Shown here: piece by piece, positions 1-13,020 of the stretch | Position numbering within the stretch: the stretch's first letter is position 1 | Layout of the letters: the number at the start of each line of letters is the position of its first letter | From: Podarcis vaucheri | Taxonomy: Eukaryota | Assembly (NCBI GenBank): GCA_965113315.1 | Contig: OZ220367.1 | DNA length: 64,000 nucleotides | Strand: one strand, 5' to 3' | The notes under the pieces: model-generated | What the model was told of the DNA's origin: nothing | Databases searched by the model: none | Seen by the model: the letters and a program-made list of their open reading frames with translations, nothing else | Program-made: the position numbers and the translations under genes

Positions 1-773
1 TGCTATTGCCCGACCTTCTGAGTTTCCCTGACAATTTGCTGTGGGGTCTGATATAAATTTCCAAGCAAATAAATAAAACAATTAGAACTCAATCTGAATC
101 CATGGGCATTTAGATTTCAGACATGAACTGGAAGTTAATACCCGATCCAAGACATTCTTGCAAAACACCAGCATTTAAAGTGGGAATTCTTCCTCATACT
201 TTCAGTGGACATATTTTTTTGCCATTTTGGACCAGAGTAGGCGGTAAAGCACAGACACTGCAAACCGACCCTCTAGTCTCTTTTCCTGATTGTAAAAAAA
301 CGAGATTCTTAGGTGATGGCAATCTCTGTGTGTTTTTGTTTAAAGTGGGTCACATGCCCAGGAATGCAGTCAAATTATAATGGTGACAAAGTGCCGGAAA
401 AGGGAGGGAGATGGGGGGGGGGGAGAGAGAGAGCCCCAGGCGATGGAAAGAGAGCTGGGAATACTAGAGTCTGGCTAGGCCTCAGGGCCAGGTTAGAGAT
501 TCTCCCATGCATTAACAGCTATAAGAGATGTTTGTTTAAAGGGATATTTTCTCTCTCCTTTGGGGTGCTTTGTCATTTTTTAAACAATACAGGTCATCAG
601 TAACAGAGAGGGATGGTCAAGAAGAATAGTTGCACTCCTTGGTGCACTTGCTCTTGTTTCTTCTGCTATGTATCTTATCAAACTTCATGTTTAATAGTTT
701 CAAACATTACATTGATGGAGAAATTCTACATGTGTTATTTTTTAAAGTAATTGTTAACTCAGTTAGCAAAGTA

Positions 774-1128
774 AGGGAAAGGGAAAGGGACCCCTGACCA
801 TTAGGTCCAGTCGTGGCCAACTCTGGGGTTGCGGCGCTCATCTCGCTTTATTGGCCGAGGGAGCCGGCATACAGCTTCTGGGTCATGTGGCCAGCATGAC
901 TAAGCCACTTCTGGCGAACCAGAGCAGTGCACGGAAACACCATTTACCTTCCTGCCGGAGCGGTACCTATTTATCTACTTGCACATTGACGTGCTTTCGA
1001 ACTGCTAGGTTGGCAGGAGCAGGGACCGAGCAACGGGAGCTCACCCCATCGCGGGGATTTGAACCGCCGACCTTCTGATTGGCAAGTCCTAAGCTCTGCG
1101 GTTTAACTCACAGTGCCACCCACGTCCC
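774..1128 (-). mobile_element. Sauria SINE, full length
   Basis: tRNA-like head with A/B boxes on the minus strand, Sauria body, degenerate (ACCTTT)n-type tail; TSD agttagcaaagta (761-773) / agttaacaaagta (1133-1145). Confidence 0.9.
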
Positions 1129-1195
1129 ATTTAGTTAACAAAGTATCAATAAGTAAATAAATAAAGCCACAATCCTAAACATACATCCTTGGGAG

Positions 1196-1381
1196 CAGGG
1201 ATGCCCACATTCAATAAAATGTTTTTTTTGGGGGCAGGTAAACCCCCCCCAACTTAATCACATGACACAGCACACACACACCATTTGAATAGCAGTGTCC
1301 ATAAACTTTGCGGGGAGTGGCCCTCTCAAATATTTTAGGGGGGGGCAAAGGGACCTCAGCCCCTAGGAGTTGGCTCCTATG
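1196..1381. mobile_element. Non-autonomous hAT-like element nested in a short palindromic repeat (host about 1168-1443)
   Basis: Perfect 8-bp TSD cttgggag (1188-1195, 1382-1389); imperfect CA...TG terminal inverted repeats. Confidence 0.75.
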
Positions 1382-2202
1382 CTTGGGAGTAAACCTCATT
1401 GAACAAAGTGGGACTTACTACTTAGTAGACTTGTATAGGATTCCCCAGCGAAGCCTCTCTTTGTGATAAAAGAAATTCAAGTCAATGTGAAGGTGATAAT
1501 TGCTTAAAATACATAAGAATACGTGGCAGGTTTGAACTGATACAAGGTGAACTTCCCATGCTCCTAAAAATTGATGGAAAAACTTCACGGGCCAACAGGA
1601 TCTAAACTTAATTGACTTTATTAAAACAATATTGTTAAGTCAGTAGTAAAAATACTTTTATTGCCGGGGCAACTATTCTGGTTTGAGTTGCAGGGAACTT
1701 CAAGTCCTTCAGTAGCCAGTGATTAATATCCCTCTAGTATCACTTGTTCTAGCACAGCTTATTAGGATAGGAAAAGAAACTGTTTAAAAGCAGCACCTTA
1801 CTTCACCCATTGTTTTAAATCTCTTCTGTGCCTCATGTTTTTTTAGTTCTATCCACTGATGCATGAAAAGAGCTTTCTTCTTTGTTAGCCCCCACCGCTA
1901 ATGGGGAACTAGACATCTTCTATTCAGTCTCATGTTTGATGGATGGAATTGCTAGCAAATCTCCAATTGCAGACTTCTTTTTTTGTTGTTTGGGGGCAGA
2001 ACATGGTTCATGTTTCTACTGCTATCCTTAAGGGTTAGCTTACTGCTGTGATTTTCTTAGAGACAGTACTTGCTATAGTCTTGCATTTCCAGTGTAAGGG
2101 GAAATGCCATGGGAAGGCAGTTGGTATCTATTTGTCCTTTTGGAGGTTGCCGTCCAGCACAGAGTTAGCTGCAATTAAGCTCCACAGATTTGGTGGGACT
2201 TA

Positions 2203-2284
2203 CAGTGCAATTATAAGCATCTCTGCTCAGAATGAAACACCATTCAGTGGGTTTACTCTCAGGTAATTGAGCATAGGAATGCAC
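2203..2284. repeat. Degenerate short (about 85 bp) palindromic interspersed repeat; related copies near 3853-3938 and 54760-54848
   Basis: gtgcaattataagcat...gcataggaatgcac ends resemble the host element at 1168-1443. Confidence 0.5.
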
Positions 2285-4706
2285 CTTTATGTACCCGTGG
2301 CTGTGTACTGGGTAGTGGTCCATGTAAGCAAGCATGAGTGGTTTCCTGTTGAGAGCAGAAGAGTAGAGTACTCTCAGCCATTGGTGTTTGCTACTGGGTC
2401 TGTCTATAAGTTAACCCACATCTATATCAGAATTGGCCTCATTTAGTACCTAATTTTACTAGTCCAGAAGACTTTATGGAATCTAAGGTAACCTCTAGTA
2501 TTGTGGTCTTTCCCCTTTAAAGGTCATCTTCATGATGGTGAAACAGAAGGGGTTTGGCTGAGTTACATGGGATGGGGAAATTTACAACAGTAATAAAGGG
2601 TGTTGTAATAAATCCTTAAAGCTCCAGCTGCCTACATATGGACAGTGCTGCTGCAGGCAACAATGGAGTTTTATACTTACTTATACTGTACCTTCAAAAT
2701 GTACATTAGTGCTTTTATGGCAGGAGTAGGAAAACCTCCAGTCCACAGGCCTTATTCGGCTTGCCAGTCCCTGGAGACTGACCTATCAGGACTTTTAGGG
2801 AAAACCATGGCCACCTTTCTTGCACCTAACATTTGAAAGTTCAAGCTGCAGCTAAAATGAAGAAAAATCAAAAGCCCATTATAAACGTGCCCCTGATTCT
2901 TTCCTTGAATCAAAAGGAAGATTTAGTACTGGGTAAAGAGTAACATAAGGGAAAAAGAAGTATCTGCCACAGAGATCTTACAATACAAATCTCAACACTG
3001 GTCGACAACAGAGGGAGGTAAGAAAGGGCAATGAAAGGGTAATGGATGGAACGTGAACAAATGCCGTTACACCTGCTTAGGCTACCCCACTGAAGTGGTC
3101 ACTAGCTAACTAGCCTGAACTCACCTTTCTAGTTCCATGAGAACAGAAATCCTTTCCAAGTTTGTGTTAATAATAAACAGCCACAATAGCCCTTGTGCTG
3201 TTACCTGCCGTGCATTTGAACGGTTGGTGCCCGTGAGCCTGGTGCTGGAATGCACAAAGCCAGGACAAAAGCATTCCTGCAGTTTTGTTCCTCCCACTGT
3301 TGCCTGCTTAAAGTAGCTTTCTTTCATGCAGAGCTCTTAGAGGATTCTCTTTATTTGCTTTATCAGTTCACCGACTGCTAAATTTAGACTCTAGCTCTTG
3401 GTAGTGTTAAAATAAAACCTCCTTGGCCTCCCTGAGTGATCATGTTTGTGCCTAATTTCAGAGATGAAATGGGTTGGTAGTTGCTGCCTTTGCACCTGGA
3501 CTAGTTGGTAACTTCCACCTTGCACGTTTCTTTTGGGCTTGTGTGTGAAGATTCATTGCAAGTCACATACTTTGAAATGGAAAAAAAACTATTTGCTATG
3601 GCTCCGGAATGTGGGGAGAAAAATCCTGGCTTGGTTTTCTTTTTGGAATGAGCTTTTCAAAATTCGGAAGTGTAGGGTATGTGCCAGCGCTGCAAGTGGA
3701 AGTGTAACTGGACTACTGGCACACTAAATATAGTGCTGTAATAAAGGATTTTTTAAAAATGGGAATCGATATCTTGATTTGTTTCGTGTTTCAGCAGAGC
3801 GTTTGGTACATTACCTCATGTGAAATAATTAAAATGGAAAATACATTTTACACTGCAGTCCTGTGTAAATTTGTGCCATAGCAAGTTCCATTACATTAAT
3901 GAAGTTTACTGTCAAGTAAAAGTGCATAGAGTTACAGCCTTAATTGCTAAAAGGAAGCTGACAATGACTTTATTTGAAAGGTAAATCTCTTGAGGAATTG
4001 GATGTATGGATAATGCCATTATATAGATTAGTCACTAGGTGGCACTTAACATGATTGTATCTCAGCGATGTTCAGTCTTTCCTTTTGTTCTGCTCTTGCT
4101 TAAGAGAGAAAATTAGGCTTTTGTCAACCTTCCTGAGTAGCATGTCCTCTAAGCCTTCTCTGACAGAGCATAATTTTTTGGAAGGTTGGTCTGGTTGCTG
4201 TTTTGAGTCATATGTTCATTTAGCAATTTTAGTAAAATTTTGCCCTCCTGTAATTTCAAATCTGTAATTGTCTACATGAGGAAAGACGTATATTTTTTCA
4301 TTCCTGGATGTTTTTCTTTTGTTGGGACAATTATGCAGTTGTCTTCTTGAGATCTGTAGCAAAACTAGTCTGTGGCTGTATAGTTATGACTTGGATCTAT
4401 CATGATCTGGTTTATAATTCCTAACATAAAATATAAACTAGCAGGTCATAATTTTAATGATTTAAGGAGGCACAAAAACATGATGGAAAAAAGAGTGTTG
4501 AGAACTGAAAATTGCTCAAGCTGATGTAGTTCTACTTCTGGTAGCTTTCAGCAATACTACAGTGGCATTGGTTGGCAAATGTTATCTCCCTTCTTCCTTC
4601 AAGCACTGGGATAGTGATGGAGTCATCTAGTTCCTTTCTGTTATGTCATTAAGCTGATGGAGTCCTACCCAGCCCTGACTTTTCTCTAATTGCTCTTTCT
4701 CTGCAG

Positions 4707-4802
4707 AGTGGCTGGTGTTCCAGTGAAGGAAAGGGTCAAGGTTTCTCAGAACTGGAAGCGTGGACGCTGCCGGAAAATCCCACTCCTCAGATGGAAGCGC
4801 AA
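4707..4802 (+). CDS. FBXW4: FBXW4 exon 2 (96 nt, phase 2-2): VAGVPVKERVKVSQNWKRGRCRKIPLLRWKR(N)
   Basis: Acceptor ctctttctctgcag ends at 4706; matches human VPVKERVKVSQNWRLGRCREGILLKWR; donor AA|gcaagt is needed to keep frame with the next exon. Missed by the ORF track. Confidence 0.93.
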
Positions 4803-6236
4803 GCAAGTGGTTCCTTCTCTTTTCTCCTGCCCCATGATTTTCAGCTAGAATTCTCTCTGTCTTTTGGAGCTCATCCCATTTTTTGTCTCTGTTCAGCTCT
4901 TGCATCTCTTTGGTTACACAGTGTTTGAGCCTCTTTAACTTTTGGCATTCTGAGATTGGGTAGCTGTTGATGCTGCTTTCTCTGCAACCTGCTTTCATTT
5001 GCCAGTACTATAATACCAAAACTCCCTGGATGCTCTGTGTGTCGAGTCATATTCTCAAATTATCAATGAAAGCTCAGTGTCCAAGTTGCTTGCTCCTATG
5101 CAGGAAGAATATCTACAAGCAGAAAGTGGTGAATCAGCTAACTTTAAACAGGAGTGTTTAAAGTTGCTGCTGATAAATTGCTTCTCTTTCCTCTCAGTTC
5201 CAAAAGGATTAAGTGCTTCCTCCCCATCTCTACCCACACCCAGCAAATACCAAGTTGTTACTCATTTGGTTCAGGAAAGTTTTTGCATCTTTCCTCCTTA
5301 ATATAGTGCTCATATTGTGAGGGAATTGCATTGTCCCAGTACTAAAATGGCAGATTTTGTCACTGGAAAAATTGTTTTCCTCCCAGCTAGTGCAAGAACA
5401 TTGAGGAACCTGAGATTCTACTAGGGATGAGTTGCCACCTTTCACGCCTGGACCATTCTTTGATTTCCATGCATTGAATTTTATTATTTTTCTATATTTT
5501 GAGACTGAGTGTTCTCCCCTTCCTCACTATATGCTACTTAAATTAGAGTGGGGGGGGGAATTAAGTAGCATACGGGGTGAGCAGGGAAGACAATATCCAG
5601 TCTCTGATTTTTTAAAATGCTAAACATCACCAAAGTTTCCAGCTCTCCAAAGAACTCCCTGCTTTTACATGGATCACTTATTAACACAATATTTTTCAAT
5701 AATAATTATTTGAGGCTTGTTTGATTCCAAGTCTTTGGATTACAATGATAATAATAATATTATTAATGTTGTGAGCCACCCTGTGATTTTTGGGCGAAGG
5801 GCGGTATAAAACGCAAACAAACAAACAATATATTCTTTGTCCTGCTTTTAGGAGAAACCCCTTTCCAAAGACAGTTAACAAATATAATCATAAAAAGGTA
5901 ACACCATAAATCACATAAAAGCAAAAGTAAAAGCTTTCGCTTCACACCAGCACTAAAATGGCACCATCAGATTAAAATCACAGTACTTGGGTGTGTGTGT
6001 CACATTTTCTTCTGTATATTTTCTTACAGCTTTGCCAAACAGGAGCATAGATACCTCTCCACAGCAAGACTATATATTCTATGGGCTTTGGTGGTTGGGT
6101 TAGAGTTAGTACAAATATATCATGGGATTCTTTAAAAGCATTTGGAAAGGCCTGAAGTTCCATAAGAATTAAGAGTTTAGGATGTTTGCCAACTGTCAGC
6201 ATAGTTTCTAATATTTTAATATATTTTCCCCTCCAG

Positions 6237-6422
6237 TTTAATGCCCTGGATGCAGCTAGATGATGACTACCTCTACCTATCCCAGGCAGAAGACATTCAA
6301 GTTTATTGTCTCCATCCCAATGGTACCAGCTTGCAACACTGTTCCCAAGCAGTCTTCTCTGGCCACCAGGAGGACGTGTGCCGCTTTGTGCTTGCTAATG
6401 GCCATATTGTCAGTGGAGGAGG
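6237..6422 (+). CDS. FBXW4: FBXW4 exon 3 (186 nt, phase 2-2): LMPWMQLDDDYLYLSQAEDIQVYCLHPNGTSLQHCSQAVFSGHQEDVCRFVLANGHIVSGG(G)
   Basis: Acceptor ttttcccctccag, donor GG|gtaagc; ORF 6241..6426; GHxEDV WD40 motif. Confidence 0.96.
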
Positions 6423-7461
6423 GTAAGCTCTTTGTTTTAGGGAAATAAGAAGGAGGGTGATGGTAGTTGAGCATCCAACATTGGTTTATAGGTGCACTTG
6501 AACAAGAGCTGGAAGAACTGACTTTCAGAGCTCCGGCATTGCGTGACTGACTTTTATTTAAAGGATCCCTGTTTGGGATCACTGGGCAAATCAGTCCCCA
6601 TGGCAGGGTGGTGTACATGCTGTGATTCTGCAGAAGTGTGAAATGTTATATGGGGCAACAAAATTAAGTTTCCTGAGAATTTAAGCTTTGTTTTATTTTA
6701 CTTTAAATGGGCAGGCTTCTGGCCCTTACAGCTGCAAGGATATGATCATAAGTTTGCATAATTTATGCATGTGGCTAAATTCAGCTTCTCTTGGTATGGA
6801 GTATGGGTTGCTTAATCACAGCTTGTATTTCTTTTTTAGTATGGCATATACAAACAGCCCTCCCCAGGCCTGTCCTATTGCAAGACTGTGACCAAGACTG
6901 TTAAACCATGTGTGTGCTTTGTTCATTTACCACGTGGGGGTCATGGATTTGCCAAAGAAACCTTTTAGGACATGTGAGCAAGTCCTTTGTTGTCTTCAGT
7001 GGCAAATTGAGTATAGAATGTATATGCTGTATTGGATAAATACTTCCTGAATATCTCTGTATACTAGTTTTTGAAATAAATGAAATGAAAGGGCAAATTT
7101 GCATCAGTTTCTATCATTGTTGTACCTAGGGGTTTTCAAGACCTGTTGGTCTCAGAGGTGAGATCTCTCCTGTCTGCATGTGCTGGGTTGAATGTATGTG
7201 TAGATAATGTGATGTATTTAGGAAATGAAACTACTATTGTGCTGGTATATCTCCAGCTAGAACATGAAGAGCACTTCTACATCATGCTCTCTCAAATCCG
7301 TCTTTTACATTTTCATTGGCAGGGATAATCTGAAGCGGAATTCAGTAAATTGACCCTCAGTGAAGGAGAGTAGTTTTGGATATGAGAAGCTCTCATGCCA
7401 TTTGCCTTGTGGCATTTGTTCCAAGGAGATGCACCTTCTTCACTGTGGTTTTGTTTTTCAG

Positions 7462-7594
7462 AGATGGCAATATTGTCCTTCATAAGCTGAATGGCTCCTT
7501 CAGCTTCAAGTTCTTGGGGCATGAACAGGAAGTGAACTGTGTGGATTGTCAAGGAGCTATCGTTGTGAGTGGTTCACGGGACAGAACAGCAAAA
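7462..7594 (+). CDS. FBXW4: FBXW4 exon 4 (133 nt, phase 2-0): DGNIVLHKLNGSFSFKFLGHEQEVNCVDCQGAIVVSGSRDRTAK
   Basis: Acceptor ttgtttttcag, donor AAA|gtgagt; inside ORF 7376..7699; classic WD40 repeat. Confidence 0.96.
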
Positions 7595-8054
7595 GTGAGT
7601 GTGCATGTCTTGCTTTATACTTATAGGAGTGTGTTTATGGAAAGAAAATCGGAAGATGGAATGGAGGAATACTGTTCTCTTTCCTCTCTTTTGGGTTAAC
7701 AGTTAAACAAACTTTTCAGCTTTGTTGCTGCCCATTTCCAGGATTTTCTTACATCTATACAAGTTTATCTCAAATGTTTCAGACATGGATCTCAGAGCCA
7801 CCTGCCCAAAGTGGAGTAACTAACTACATTTCTCTTGTAACACAAACATTATATAGGCATGCTGAGATTTATGACAGTCAAAAATCAGATTACAGAGTCC
7901 TGTTTCCATTGCCCTTTAAGGCTTCTGTCTGTTAGTTCTTTTGCTGAATTGAGTGGAGGTCAGGATCCCTCGGAGGATAGAATATTTATACAGCCATTTC
8001 TTCCTTCCTTTATAAGATTCTAGGTCTGAAAGAGCATACATGCTTAGTTTAGAG

Positions 8055-8160
8055 CATGTGTTGGGAACCTGTGGCCCTTCAGATGATGAAAGACTACAGT
8101 TCCCATAATCCTTGAAGGTGGATTCCAACAACATTTAGAGGGCCATATGGTTTCTGGCCC
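8055..8160. mobile_element. Degenerate hAT-type MITE related to 20404-20539
   Basis: gggaacctgtggccct...caacaacatttagagggcca inverted arms. Confidence 0.6.
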
Positions 8161-8811
8161 TTGTTGAGAGCCAAAGTTTTCACTGTCTGAGTCATTTTTA
8201 TTTTCCTAGAGAGAGATGGGGAGATGCAAGGTTCTCTCTGTGTGTGTTTTAGCTAGAAATTTAGTTGTGCTAACAGTGATGTGGAGCAACAGCTTATTTT
8301 TTCATGAGCTTTTATTTACTGAGGTTTGGGGTGGCAAGCTGTCGGAGAGAACACATGTAGAGGGATTTAGTGTTTTTCTTCCCCTGACATTACCCTTACG
8401 ATGGAAGAACATTCTTTGGGGTAGTGACCAGGATTAGTCCAGCTTCAGTGAACAGTCCTAGCTTTTCTGATTCTACGCTCCCTACTCTTAGTTTAAGATC
8501 TGGATCTGGGTTTCTCTAGAGCTGCTTTCAATGAGCAGAGCCTTTTGCATGCAACAATTCCCACCCAAGCAGCCAGCAGACTGTGTCTTAACTGATAGTT
8601 TCCTTATGGGGCACTGACCAAATGGTTCTGGCACTGGCCAAATGGTTCTGACAATTTGGAGAGTCAGAAGAAATCCACTAAGAGGATAGGCTGAACAGCA
8701 GCAGAAGAATGTGAAGTGTTTCAAAAGTGTCAACCAGTGGCAAAAATGCTCTATTTGCTGTTTGCTGTTATTTGTATTATGACTCATTGTTTATTGTCAG
8801 CTGTTTGCTTG

Positions 8812-8952
8812 CTTGGAGGTTTTTAAGCAGAGGTTGAATGGCCACCTGTGATATATGCTTTAGTTGAGATTCCTGCATTGCAGGGGGCTGGATTAGATGA
8901 CCCTTGGGATCCCTTCCAACTCTATGATTCTTCTATGATTCTGTGAATCTAT
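8812..8952 (+). mobile_element. CR1 LINE 3' terminal fragment
   Basis: ttggaggtttttaagcagagg...cccttccaactctatgattc with an (ATTCTRTG)n-type tail. Confidence 0.85.
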
Positions 8953-10437
8953 ACTTCCTACCTACGAGAACAATAAAGTGCTGGAACTTCTACAGCTGGT
9001 ATCTTCAACCTTTTCAGACCCAGGATCTACTTTTAGCCCAAACATGATTTGGGAACACATTTCTTAATATTTTACTGTATGTTCAACAATGCTCCTGTTG
9101 TGGCCCATCAGGCTGAGATCTGAATGGAAAAGTAGCTCAGTTTCTGAATTTCAATCACACTGAATTAAACTATCCATTATGTGGAATTCTTTGATGCCCT
9201 GCCACTGGAATCTTGTGACCTTGAGGGCAAAATCCTCAAAGTCAAAGGGAATTCTGCTTTAATTGTGCTCATTGTCTTTTTTTAAAAACCCCAGAAATGG
9301 AATCTGGCTCACCTAACACTCTTCCAGCCTGATCCTTATGAGCAGGGAATTTGCTTTTATTTTTACCAAGTGACATTTTCCTTGTGTTGACTCCTAGCTA
9401 GAAGGGAATCCCTAGTAGGTCTCTAATGGGAACTGTAAGTGCATTGGAGGGATAGTGAGTGTTGATTAGGGCTGAGCTTTGAGTAGCTGCTAATGCACAT
9501 TCCTCATTGATAGGCACCAGATAGCATGCTCCCAGCAATATTTTTAACCTGTATGAGATAGGGGTGCATTAAAAGAGCTCAACTTTTCTGCTGCTTTTGC
9601 TGACACTAGGTGCCAAATTCCCCTCTGACACCGAATAGCCTGCAATCCTGAGCATTATCAACAAACAAACAAATACAACACTCCCAGCTTTGAATTCCCT
9701 TAAGACGTTGGGGGATAGTTGGAGAGGGAATCAGAAACTAAAATCTCAGGATCCAGAAAATGGAAGATGAATTTGTTGGGGGTAGAGGAAAGAAATGATG
9801 GTATTCAAAATGATGTCAGGAACACAAGCTTAAGCTTTATTCAGTATGTCAGTAACGGATTTCTGAAAGCTCATAAACAAGTCACTTTACCCTGGTAATA
9901 AACAATGTGTATTGTGGGAGAACAAGTATTATCAAAGTGTGAATGTGCATTAAGGGATTTGAGCATGTTTTAACAATTAGTACAGAAGGGGGCACTGCAC
10001 GGGAAATTAGACTGCCCCGTTCTCCATGTGTTTCTATTGTTTTGCAACAAACTTGGAGAAAAGGCTTTAAGGATTTGCCCAGACAGGGAACCATAAGAAT
10101 AAAGATGAGATAAAATCTAAATTTGTTCTGACATGCAGACCTTCAACATAATTTGAGCAGATGCATTTCAGATGATTGTTCTCTGCTTTTAGCACCGGAA
10201 CTGGGACTGATTTGGACAGAAGCTGCTACTAATCTCTTCTATCATTTCTTTGCTTAGAAAGCATGCAGTCAAAATATCGCAGGGGTAAAGAAGTTGATTT
10301 AAGTTTACTCTGCTAATTTCAAATTGTGCTCCTAAGATTTCTTTGCAAGGGATCGTTTCCAAACACAGCTGCTGTTAACACTTTTATCTTGTACTTTTTT
10401 GTTGTGTGATGTTCATTTGCACTTTCTCTCTCTCTAG

Positions 10438-10532
10438 GTTTGGTCCTTATCACCAGGCAGAACTGGGCAGTGTTTGCACACTATACAGACTGAAGACCGG
10501 GTCTGGTCCATTGCCATTAGTCCATTATCAAG
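10438..10532 (+). CDS. FBXW4: FBXW4 exon 5 (95 nt, phase 0-2): VWSLSPGRTGQCLHTIQTEDRVWSIAISPLS(S)
   Basis: Acceptor ctctctctctag, donor AG|gtaaca; translated by hand, close to human GQCLHTIQTEDRVWSIAISPL. Confidence 0.96.
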
Positions 10533-12679
10533 GTAACAAGATATAAAAATTGCATTTGAATGTATGCACACCTCATGTTAAATCTGGTTTTTCTTTAGGT
10601 CTAAAGTTCCCTATTATACCAAGTATTCCGGAGGTCTAGAACTCAGCATTTAAGTATCATCAGTTCTGTGACTCAAAACCCTTTTTTGTGTAGAAACAGT
10701 AAATTAGGTAGATAAGAATACTCTATATTTTTTGTGGAATTCAGAGCATTTCCTTCTATTTCTCTTGCCCTTTGGGTTCTAGAAAAAAGAAGTTTGAACT
10801 TGCAGAATACTCTGGTCTGTATGGGTGAAGTCAAGGGGTGCACTGACTTAGATATTGTACCAAATACTTTCTGCATAAGGATCTTTAGTTTTCTTTTTTT
10901 CCCCTCTTCACCCAAAGCTTACACTTGCACAATACCCTTGCAAGTGCCACTTTGGCAAGAGCAGCATTATATCCTCTATGCCTATGAAAGCATAAAAAGT
11001 AAGTTGCACTTTTTTTGTGGGAAGGGACGAGGGTTAGCATTTTGGCTGTTGGCTGATTTTTAATCTTTTCCTTGCCTTTCTGCATTATGCAGTGGGGATC
11101 TGTACACACTCAAAACAACTTAATTGCAAGTAATGGAATGTGATTGAGCATGGGAGTAGTTCTGTCACTCACCGCTGTGTCACAAGCTGTATCCAGTTGT
11201 TGCCACTTGTACAACCACATTCCATATCGCAATTACAATCTGCAAAGTACTGTACAGTACAAAATACAGTGTTTTGCTCAGAAGATTCAAGAGAGAGAAG
11301 GCTTAGAGTGGTTACAGGCTAGCTGTAGCAAGTAGGTCATTATCTAGTAACATGGCCTTTGCCATGAAACATACTATAGATATGATCATACTGTCCCACC
11401 CCCACCCCTGTGTGATATGTTAATACATAGAATTGCTCATGGCGAATCACCAGACCAAGAAACTGAAGAAACAGAAAACTGCAGCAGGTTCAATCAGTTC
11501 ATTTTGCATGCTAATTCCAAAACTAATTAATAGAAAATCCCTGTACAGTTGGAAGATAGGTGGGATTTACAATTAGCTACAACCAATCCGTGGAAGGATT
11601 GGAATGAGAAAAGCTGCTCTTCCTTTAAGTGCAGCATACTCAAGTGCTGTTGGAAGATACAGAACCAAATTTTAAATTGAGACTGTGTTTATGGCACTTG
11701 ACCTCAGAGTTCCTAAGAATACTGTAAAAATAAGCAAATTTCATTTTGATACATTGTACATATGTATTTCCTATATGAAACTTATTCAGTGCTGGTCCCC
11801 TGGCAACGAAAAAAGCAAAATGCAAAGCAGATTCTGTTGTGCATGCTCTGTTGCCAAAGCCCATAGTTTGGTTCTATTTCAGACAGCCTCTTCTGTTGAT
11901 GCTGCAGAATGAAAAAGGTATTTGTACATAAGAACTTGCAGATTCCCTGAAGCTGCTCTGTACCATTGGGGCACCAGAGAACCACTCATTTTCTGTGGGA
12001 ATGTTGATAAGAGTCTTTAAAACACATGGGAGTATCTTCTGGCTACTGTTCTTGTCACAGCTGGGCATCTGTGAACAAAATCTGATGTGTTGGGGAAAGA
12101 TACACAGAGGAAATTAAACTGTTCCAATGAGTTATTTTGTAATCATATTGCTACTCTGCTAATGTTAAGGACTGAATGTTGGCCATAAGTTACAATTGTA
12201 TACAAAAGTCACAAAACTGAACTACACAAGGCTTGAGCAGTGCCTTGTATCTTGAAGATTTGGAAGCGCTTTGTACCCTGACTCAACTTTTATTTTGAGG
12301 TATTTAACCTCAAAAGCAGCTTGCAGCAAGGTAGTTATTCTTTGAGGAAGCTCATTTTCTGTTGTGAATTACAATGAGCTTTTCTGTGGCAAACTTGTCT
12401 TATATTTGAAGCAGAGCCTAGTTTTTTCACAAGTTTTTGGAACCTTGCATTAGGCTGTTGAGAATCAAAGCATCCAATTATGCTAAATTGAACATTGTCC
12501 TGTTGTGATGACTGGTTCTCCCTCTCTTGTGTATATCATCGTAGTCATCAGTATTCAGTTTCAGTTTATTAAAGCAGTGAAATCAAATTACAGTCACAGG
12601 AATAGGATGGGTACTGAGAACTATAGATGAATGATGGAACAACAACAACAACAACATCTCTGGTGTCAAAGGCTAGGGT

Positions 12680-13020
12680 AAAGAAAGGAATCCTTTATGG
12701 GGAAGGCCCTCTCCTGGGGCACCACCCCTCAAACCTCTGAGGGTGGTGGAATTACCAAGACGGCTCCTTCTGTTAACACCCGTGAGGGTTTGTGGGGAAG
12801 GAGGTGGTATTTAAGATATTTGAAACCTAAGTCATTTAGGGCTTTGAACACTAATGTGAGCACCTTGAATTAGGCCTCTTGTATGCATTCTAAGGGAACC
12901 TCAGCGATCTGGCTGCTGCATTTTGAACCAGCTGAAGTTTCCAAGTCGTCTTCAAAAGTAGCCCCACAAAGAACACATCACAATAATCCTATTTGGAAGT
13001 TACCAAGGCATGGAGTACCT
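12680..13020 (-). mobile_element. L2-like LINE fragment (3' part of ORF2)
   Basis: Reverse complement of the aattcaaggtgct...aaagccctaaatg motif also seen at 37430 and 42020. Confidence 0.6.

Noticed and set aside
851-1078. Near-identical peptides in ORFs 851..1078, 38953..39144 and 32294..32500
   Set aside because: Translations of Sauria SINE copies, not a gene family.
4627-4998. 123-aa antisense ORF over exon 2 (and 6277..6618 over exon 3)
   Set aside because: Antisense shadows of coding exons with no independent support.
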